Assembly: GCF_041956535.1 (NCBI RefSeq)
Contig: NW_027192198.1
Span: 854,940-918,939, forward strand
Source of the DNA: Calcarisporiella thermophila CBS 279.70
Taxonomy: Eukaryota; Fungi; Calcarisporiellomycota
Length of the DNA: 64,000 bases
Direction: 5' to 3'
The position numbers and the translations under genes are program-made. Below are positions 55,366 through 64,000 of this stretch, piece after piece; positions within the stretch are counted from its first letter, which is position 1, and each line of letters opens with the position of its first letter. Under the pieces are notes generated by a model, which saw nothing but the letters and a program-made list of their open reading frames with translations, was not told the origin of the DNA and ran no database searches.

Positions 55366-58300
55366 GGTGATGGCGAGGAGTGGGGGGGGGGGGCTCCACC
55401 AGAGCGGGGGATTGTGGGTAGATGGGGAGGGTCGAGGAGCGAGGAATGGCGCAATGCCCAAGGCTGGAGAGAAAGCTGGGAGAGCGGAAGGAAAGCGGAA
55501 AGCGGGAGAAAAAAAAAAAAGAGAAATATGGTTTTTTTTAGCGAAATTGTGGCAATCCAACCACCTCGCACAGTCTTAGAAAGTAATAGGCTGGGCGGGC
55601 GCGGGAGGGGGCGGGTCGAGCGCGGAAGTCACGCGAAACACCCCGGCCAAGCGAGGGAAATCGTCGGGTGGAGGGGGCGGGTGGAGCCGATCTGGAAGCG
55701 TCCCACCCTCAAACAAGCAGCGTGCGCCCGCGAAAACAAGGGCGGCGGAAAACAAGCGCGAGGGCGAGGCCTGCGGGAGGGCGCAGAGCAAGAGAAGGGG
55801 GTCAGCGAAAGGGGAATCTCAGCATCGGGCCTTGAAGCCTCGAGCCAGAAAGCACCGCACCAGCGGCTGCTTTTCCTGGAACCCATCTAACCTTAGAAAT
55901 CCGAATTTTCCCTGGATTGCCGAGAAATCGAAGCTCGATGGTGTTCGTGGCACTTTGTGAAATGCCCAAAGGCGGAGTGCCAAGTTTGAGGTTTGTGGCA
56001 AAAACCGGCTGAGACGCGAGCGAGCGAGAGCTCAGGAGGGGGCAGGGGGGCACCGCTCGAAAAGAGACCAGAACACGCGCGGGCGGCGACGAAGGGGGCG
56101 GCGGGCAGGAGAGAGAGAAGAGTGGGAGAAAGGGGAGAAAGGCCGCCGCGCGGTGTCTTTTATGAAATATTTGGTGCGATTTGGTAAGCGAGTCATTTGC
56201 GGGCGATTTTCCGCGGGTTTGGGCATTGAGGGGCGGATGGCCTCAGGCGATGGAGCATGCCCACGCGACGCCGGCTCCCTCATTGCTCCCATAATGCCCA
56301 TCTCCCTTTTGGAGGTTTATTAATTTCTCTGGGATCAGAGCCGGCCGATCCTTCCCCGTTTTGCGCCCCTGCCTGCTCACCAGGAACGAGCGGAAATGCC
56401 TCTCGGCCTCTTTCGTGGGCCCCCGGGGCATGCATTCCTCGCCCGCCCATCCCTCACGCCTGGCGAAAATCGGCCCAGATGCGAAGCAGGATCAGGCGGC
56501 CAAGTATGCGGCCGCGCTCCCCCCCTCCCCCTCCCCTCCTCCTCCTCTGGCAATCCATGCACCTCCGTCTGCAGCAGATGGGTTGCTCGCAAGCTGATGC
56601 GGCCATCGTCCCTGGCGAAACGCCGGGTTGCGAGGGCCGCGGATGCGCTTGTGGGCCGAACAAACGAGGTTAAACACCGCTTGTGCTCGCCCCGAGATCT
56701 TGCGACTGTTCGAGTGCATCCGGCAATATGGCCTTTTTGTTCTTAGCGCAAGTCCAAACTCCGCCGCCAATTCCTTGGAAAATGTGCGGACGCGGTTTTG
56801 GATCAGTGTTCGAAAATGTCTTTTCGATTCCTCAAACCCTCCGACCGATCTCCCTCCCTCCCCCTTCCTCGGCTAATTGAGATGCCTCTATTTCTCGATG
56901 TGGGCCAATGCATCGCGTACAACTGCATGTCCAAACCCCCGCATCTCCTAATGAACCCCCCCCCCCATTCGGATCCCCCTAGGATGGCTTGCATGTTTTA
57001 ATAGATTCGGCTTGCCAGCTGCAAATGGATGGCTTTTTGGCGCCTCCAGTGGGTATGGATCCCGCAAAGCCCTCGGCCCTCCTGTCCCTAAAACAAAGGA
57101 GAAGGGGGGGCAATCCAGGTCGAGATTATCTCGACGAGGCGTAGCTTGCCTCCTTAATTTCTTCTCCTGCTCCCATTCAAGCCTCGCCTCTATTTTTTAT
57201 TTTACCGAAAAACCGAGACTGAAAATATCTTCCTTTCACCGCCTTCACCGCTCAAGTGGCAGGGCGGCTGACAAGGCACAGACCGAAGACCTCTCTTTTC
57301 TCGCAAGTACAGGACACAGATCGCAAACAGGCCCTGCCAAACATCCAACATATGCGAATAGCAAAACAAGAATGAAGTTTTGAAACCTTGAGCGGGAATC
57401 CGTGTAGATCACAGCTTTGACCGGCTCAAGAGGCACTCTTTCGTGGTTGTCTTGTCTGCGCCAGCTCGACAAACATCGGATTGACCTCCCCCTACCTGGG
57501 CCACCTCCTCCTTCTCTTAGCAGCCAAGCTCGAAGCCTTCCATTTCTCCGTCAGCCCAGTATGAACGGGATAGCACCGGTCCGAAAGGGAGGTCTGGAGG
57601 GCCTCCCCCCCATCGTCGCAGAGGTACGCAAAACCAATCCATCTCTCCCCTTGGGAACTCTCGCGGAGCAGTTCAAACCAGGAACGCCTGTACCATAGCT
57701 AGGCCTATAGCGGTTAATATTTCAAATAGGAATGGTAGGAGGGTCGGTGTAGAAGGCCAATCCGCCCGCCTCTTTTTGCTCTGCATGAGCCCTAGTAGGC
57801 AGCCGTGCTCCCTCTCCTATCATGGGCCTGCTAGCCGTAAACAGAGAGCGCCATGGAGGTCCGGGTTAGGTTAGAAAGACAGGGCCTTGAAGATGCTTTG
57901 TATCCTCGATGCATGCCCGTCTCGAGGGCTGGAGTGGATCCAATGCGCTGAGCCACCTCGATTGGGAAATTCCCTGAGAAGAGGCAATTAAGTAAGCCAG
58001 ATCAGGCTTCTGTGGCTTGGAAGGAAATTGTTCCAATCTGGGGGGGATCTGCATGATGAGGAGCGGCATTTCGGAAGGCTTTCCGCTGCTTCCGGAATGC
58101 AGGATTTTTCACTGAATTGGATGCAAAAAAAAAAGAGATTGGTTGAGCATCAACGAATGCTGATTCCTCTACATGAACCCAGCCAAATAAACAATGGTCC
58201 CCTCCAAATTCAACCTGGTCCCGTTAGTCACTTGATATAGTAGAGTACGTTGTGCAAACATTCGTTCACGTTATCGACATGCCGTGAGAAGATCCTCTTC

Positions 58301-58920
58301 GGACAAGCAAAACAATTGCACTTCTCTTCAGGGAAAGAAGCGGCTGAGAATGCCCTATAGTAGGCAGAGATCATGTGGATTCTCAGGGGAGATGTGCGTC
58401 GAAACAGGACGGTTTCAAGTCCGCAACGGTGATGAAGGCGGCCATCACTCGCTTCGAAAAAAAACTCGAGTAAGTTCTCTTTGAATTTCTAGTTTTCTTG
58501 CATCTGTTCTTCCCCACTCTATATGTAGATGCACTTCAGCTTTCTGCGTGAATTTCGTGACGCTAAGGAACTGGAGGGTAAAAAACGAATTCTCTACAAA
58601 ATACAGGGGAACTGGAAAATTATTCTACTCGGATATCCTAGAGGTAAGCAGGGCATGTGGAGAGGTCTTCCTTGCTCACATGAGATGGGAGCGGCAGAAC
58701 CCCTAAAGAAATAGACCAGCTCACGTTATAGGCGGGTGCATGTTTGTGAAATTCTTCAGCATGGTGGATGCAGAAAGATAGCAGAAATTGCAGAGCCAGG
58801 GCTAATACCGCATCGGTCGACTGATTCTGCGCACCTTGTTCTATGCAAGAGGATGCGCTGTAATCAAATATTACGACTAGGTCCTGGGGGTAGGAACCCG
58901 GCTCTTTAGCTCTCTGCTGC

Positions 58921-58928
58921 TATAAATA
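58921..58928 (+). promoter_or_regulatory. TATA box of the knottin peptide gene
   Basis: TATAAATA lies 81 bp upstream of the ATG at 59002 and is followed by a pyrimidine-rich leader. Confidence 0.6.
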
Positions 58929-59001
58929 CCCATCGTCATTCCTGGGATTGCCGTTTATTCTTCATCCTACTTCTTCAGTTTATCAATTCATCGTAGCCCT
59001 C

Positions 59002-59178
59002 ATGGCCAAAGCAATCGGATTGACCCTCTTACTCACTCTCTTTGTCATTTTTCAAATGACCAATGCCCACGCTATCCCTAAGTGTCAACCGCAACTCGGA
59101 AAATGCAAGGAAGATACCGACTGTTGCATTGGCCATTGTATCCTCAAGGGTACAGCTGGATTATGCCAGCCCCTTTAA
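59002..59178 (+). CDS. Small secreted cysteine-rich peptide, inhibitor cystine knot (C-C-CC-C-C) type
   Basis: MAKAIGLTLLLTLFVIFQMTNAHA (signal peptide, AHA cleavage site) followed by IPKCQPQLGKCKEDTDCCIGHCILKGTAGLCQPL; upstream TATA box and downstream AATAAA (~59333). Confidence 0.78.
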   Translation: MAKAIGLTLLLTLFVIFQMTNAHAIPKCQPQLGKCKEDTDCCIGHCILKGTAGLCQPL

Positions 59179-60920
59179 ATAGGCTCTTGTTTGCTTTCTT
59201 AATTTCATCAAGATGGAGCTTCCTCCTGACATAAGCATGTATGCTTTTATATGGGTGCCCATGTTTATCTACATTTACCTCCGTGGCCTATCTTGCTAGT
59301 CTCTTAATTTATGAGGCTCTCTTGGAACTATGAATAAACTTTATTTTTTTTCTTTGATGCAAAGTTGACTCCCTGAGAGCGAAAATGACCGACATTAAAG
59401 CAGCAGTATGATTCTGTTATTTCAGCGGTTATCCCTCGCTCTGCGCTTTCAAATTGAGAACTTCTTGACGAGAACCTTTATACCTTTGTCCAAAAATGGG
59501 CCACTCGTGGAACACTGAAAATGGTAGGGTGGAGCCCGAACCAGACCTGCTCTACCCTTTTCGGATCCTTTGTCTTCACACATCACCTGGGGTCCCGGCT
59601 GTATCTGTTCTCGAAATACCTTTTATAAAAAGAAATAGAATAAATCATATTCCCGTTGCATTGCGAATTTAATTAAAGATTGGAAAGGCATCGGAGGGGA
59701 GGATAGAGTACCCATTGGACAACCATTCTTGTTGTCCTGGATCATGGCCCATCGGGGACCGATATTATGTAAGAATGACGCGGGCTAAAGACGGCTCCGT
59801 CCCCTTCTCAAACATAGAGTTACCCGTCCATTCAAGGTTTAATGCCAGGTCTGCCAAGAGGTGTCTGCCGGTCGGATAGGAACAAACCTTCGATGCTGAT
59901 GCTGATTTCCAATCGGCTTTTACCGAAGAGAGATAAACAGTTCCCGTCCTCCTGAACACTATCCTCATCTGTTACGCATTAACCTAGAGTAGATAGAATT
60001 ATTTACGGGAAGAGAAAATCATCCCTCATAGAAAACCAGGAGAGCCAGCAAGACTTCAGGAGAGTAGCTTAGGAGCTGATTGATCTAATGGGCACTCTAG
60101 CTGATTCAGCAACTTATTGTGCAATTAGGGGAAAAAGAACCCACTCTCCTCTATTGCTAAGGATATACTGGGTGTTCATTCATCCTAGTAGCAAGACCGG
60201 AAAAACTGGGAGAGGTTTTGCATAGAGAGAGCAAGTCCTTGAGCGCGTTTGACAAGGCCCCGGCCGCGCAGGAGTTGGAACTGACTTTGGAGCAATCGGT
60301 GGGGCTGCTTTGGAAAGCCACGGACGGCAGCCTTGAGTGATTCGAGTTTCATCCCGGCTTTTCCCTTTTACATGACACCGCAACATTTCAAGCCTATGTC
60401 AAACAGGACAATATCCCATGGACAGCGTTTCAGGATTTTTGGTCACGACGCTGCTTGGCAACTCGTCTCAACGCCGGCTATGGGTCGCAGCTAGAGCGGT
60501 GCGGGGTGAGAGCGTAGGCAAGCGGGAAGGATCGGATCCGTTTCCCCTAGGTTTTATGACTGGATGCCAAGGCTATGGCGGATGTTTCAGAAAGAGCTCG
60601 TTCTTCCTTACATGGGCTGCTTTTCATATAGTCAAGAGCGTCTCAGGCTATTTTTAACCCTAGTATAGTAATTTTGCCTCTCCGCTTCCATATATGTGGG
60701 GCGGGCCGTAAGCCCAAACCTCCTTCTCCTTTTCCTCGATTTCCTTGTGCGGCTGGTTTGCCGCTGTGGAAAACCCTAACAAGGCCAATGACACTGGCGG
60801 ATCGGTGAGATAAAAACTCCACGTTTTTTCCATTTTACTCCTTCCATTTAATTTTTTTCCCTTGCTCGTGTTCGACCGGCAACTGTGCTGCTTCATCCAC
60901 CGCTTGACGTCGAACCCTCT

Positions 60921-62255
60921 ATGCATGCCCCCAAGTTATACTCCAATGCGGTAAAGCTCTTCCAGATTCGCGTCGAGACCATGGTGCCAGGCGGCGGGGA
61001 AGGCGAGGTGATCCTCCATGGGATGGCTTCGGAGGCATCTGGCTACAGATTGCGTGGCACCCTGGTGCTGAGCCTGAGCGACAATTTCAACGTGAAAAGC
61101 ATAGGCTTGCGCTTTCTGGGCGAAATGAAGATCGGATGGGTAGAGGGTAAGTTGGATGGATGGCGGTAGGCAGCAAGGCTTGTTCTAATGCTCCTCATTG
61201 GCTCTCTTGCGGCGTTTCTCTCCTGTTCGCGTCCTGAAGCCTCCTCAACTCCGTACCAGAAATCGTGGAAAGAGGACCGAACGCTCATGGACCACACCTG
61301 GACCTTCGTCTCGTCGCTGCACACGCTCCCGCCCGGCAACCATGTCTGGCCGTTTGAGATCACCCTCCCAGGCTCGACCCCTGAAACCGTCGCTCCCATT
61401 AACGCGAACCATTCCCAGGTCCTCTACTATCTCAAGGCGAGCATCGATCGGCCGGGCCTCTCCTCCAACCTGTCCACCAAGCTCCCGATCCGAGTCATCA
61501 GGATCCCGCTGTCATCCTCGCTGGATCTGATGCAATCCCTGGCGTTCGTCAACTGCTGGGAGAGGAAGGTCCGGTATGAGGTCGTGCTCCCCTCCCGGGG
61601 AATTGTGAAGGGAAGCCACTTCCTCGCCAATGTCCGGCTGGAGATGCTGTCGAAGAAATTGTTCGTCCGCGGGGTCAACTGGGTGTTGGCCGAGGTCCTG
61701 ACTCTGACCGTGCAAACGCAGAGGCGCGCCATCGACACCGTCCTCGCGGCCGGGGGTCAAGATGTCGAGACGGCGCATTCCGAGGAGAAGCCCAATTATG
61801 ACATCCTTCTCCCGATCAAAGTGCCTCAGAGCGGTCTACGCTGCGACGCAGACATAGCTGGTCTGCGCATACGCCACAAAATCACCTTTTACATCATGAT
61901 CTCGGATAGGAGAAGGCATCATATGCAGCTCTATATCTCGCTGCCGGTGACGATCGTCGATCAGCGGTTCGGCGAGATGGTGAACACGCTCCCCACCTAC
62001 GGCGAGAGCTTCTCCGTCCCCGCGATCGCCGGCTCTCCGGCACAAACCAGAGAGCCCTTGGGCGCGTCGGATTATATGGGCTTGGCGCAGGCTCTCAACG
62101 GTGAGAGCGAAGCCCCGGGCCTCTCCCCCTTGGAAAGGCTAAAATTGATGCGACTCCCCTCGTACCGCACGGCCTTGCGCGAATCACCCCTCAACTTACC
62201 CGTCTCCGACTCACTACCCTCATACCTGGATATCTCGAGTCGTCTGCCCAGCTAG
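60921..62255 (+). CDS. Alpha-arrestin (second paralog); intron after KIGWVE (~61148-61238)
   Basis: VILHGMASEASGYRLRGTLVL, WPFEITLPGSTPETV, YYLKASIDRP, IRHKITFYI and LPTY/LPSY motifs. Confidence 0.9.
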
Positions 62256-62597
62256 ACCCGCGATGGCCTCGCTATCCTCCTTGTATTTACCTCCTCATCC
62301 CTCTGTGGGCGCCCTGGTAACCATAATAGACGTGTAGTATTAATGGGTATCCACTAATGCCTCCATCCTCCCGGGTTATGTATATTAATTATTTTTTATC
62401 AATAATGTATATAGCTCTTTCTATTTTTGTTTTCCCCTTCTTTGGGGCCAGTGTGCATACTGTATTTAATGTATGCGGTTTACTTTTATTGAGGGGGGAA
62501 GAGGAAAGGGAAGAACTAATCGTAAGCGTGGTTGTATAAAAAAAATAGTCGTCATCAAAAGAAACAGAGGTTGTAACAAAAAAAAACACACACAAGG

Positions 62598-63487
62598 TTA
62601 CTGGTCCTTGTTGGTGGTCTTCTTGGTACCCCGAAGCAGACCAGTGCGGCGAGCCGCCACAAGACCCACCTTCTGACCAGGGGGAGCAAACCGCGACACG
62701 GTCGAGGCATGGCCGATGTGCTGGTGGTTACCACCTCCGTGGGGATGGTCCACGGGATTCATGGCCACACCACGGGTCTTGGGCCAGGCGTTGCGCTTCA
62801 CTCGGTACTTGTGATACGCGCGGCCAGCCTTGAGCAAGGGCTTATCGATACGCCCGCCACCGGCCACGATGCCGATCATGGCCCGAGCATTACCACTGAT
62901 CACCTTCTTGGCCCCCGACGGAAGCTTCACGCGCGTCTTGTTGGTCTCGGGGTTGTGGCCGATGATGGTGGCGTAGTTGCCGGAGCAGCGGGCGAGGGCG
63001 CCCCGGTCTCCCACCTTCTCCTCCACGTTGCTAACGATGGTACCCTCGGGCATGGCCGACACGGGCAAGACATTGCCGACGGTCAGCGCGGCCTTCTTAC
63101 CACAGTAGATGAACTGGCCAGTGTGGAGACCCTCGGTAGCGACGATCGTCTCCGTGCGGAGCTTGTACCTACATTCCACCACGAAACGGCCCCGTGTTAG
63201 TCCCGGTTCATCCATCGATACTGCCAATGCGGCGGGGATGCCATCCAGCAAGGATGCTGGTAAGGCCTGCTTAGGCTAACTTACCGATAAGGATCCCGGA
63301 ACACAACCTTGGCAAGAGGGGCACCCCGTCCGGGATCGTGCACGATTTCCTTCACAATCCCGCGGATATATCCATTGCGCTCTGCAAAATCGAGGGCTCG
63401 GAATTTGGCGGCACCCTTGCGACCGGCCGTATGGGATTTGAAGATGCCACCGGCACCTTTGCGTTGGGCACGGATTACACGACCCAT
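62598..63487 (-). CDS. RPL2: 60S ribosomal protein uL2 (L2/L8); coding intron ~63169-63284, 5'UTR intron 63497-63754
   Basis: [16 protein letters not shown]..., [23 protein letters not shown] and [21 protein letters not shown]. Confidence 0.97.
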
Positions 63488-64000
63488 GGTTTAAATCTAA
63501 ATCGGAAGAGGGAGAGACATGAAAGAAAGCATGAGAACATGCCGATCTTGGTAAAAACATGGGAAAAGCTCGATCGCCGCATTCCATTTTAAGAGGGACA
63601 TGGTTTCGTTTCCATCCCCTCGATCCATTCCATCCAATAGCCCCCCTCGCGAGGACGGAAACTAGCCCATCCCTCGCCCTCCCCTACTCATCCATCTATC
63701 GATCTGTCCATCCATCCATCCATCCATTCTGCCGCCCTCCTCTAGACTACTCACCGGCTTAAAGTGTTAAGGGGATTAGAGAGGAGGATCCCTAGGTCGA
63801 TGTCTCCCTTCGACTATTAAACATTTTTTAACCATAATTAAGTTAATTAACTTGTTGAATTTAATCTTCCGTCTAAAAAATGTCGAGGGCAGGTGAGATG
63901 TACTATTTACCGAGGGTTACAGAGATATTATCAACAAATAATATAAAAAGAGGGAGCGGAGGGGGGGAGGGGAGGCGTCGTTGGGATAGAGCCGATCACT

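Noticed and set aside
59523-59561. GC-rich hairpin followed by a T-run (terminator-like)
   Set aside because: Eukaryotic context, relies on several G-U pairs, and no associated Pol III gene is visible.
60135-60240. PLSSIAKDILGVHSS, faintly like a hAT transposase dimerisation motif
   Set aside because: Only about 15 residues, interrupted by stops, with no TIRs or other transposase motifs.

Overview
Eukaryotic, intron-rich and gene-dense fungal DNA with short GT-AG introns and CTAAC/CTGAC branch points. The gene content (Y14, GH9, Pho84, Arg5,6, ChAP, NsdC-type zinc fingers) fits an early-diverging fungus, probably Mucoromycota; this placement is an inference. The first ~7.8 kb is a tandem triplication of an NsdC/Usv1-type C2H2 transcription factor gene, with a decayed spliced-gene fragment in the first spacer. 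It is followed by PHO84, ARG5,6, MTC1, RPL33, Y14/RBM8A, a small DASH-like coiled-coil gene, a SPIDR(DUF4502)-like gene head-to-head with DOT1, a class-3 lipase, an alpha-arrestin, SNF8, AMS1, pyruvate decarboxylase, an LRR protein, a SIW14-type phosphatase, a Whi3/Scw1 RRM protein, a ChAP exomer adaptor, a membrane-anchored GH9 endoglucanase, a CX9C protein, a mitochondrial carrier, an APSES factor, a tiny secreted cystine-knot peptide, a second arrestin and RPL2. The best leads are the fungal SPIDR-like gene paired with DOT1, the conotoxin-framework knottin, the homogenised zinc-finger array and the type-I membrane GH9. All family calls come from motif recognition by eye; no searches were run.
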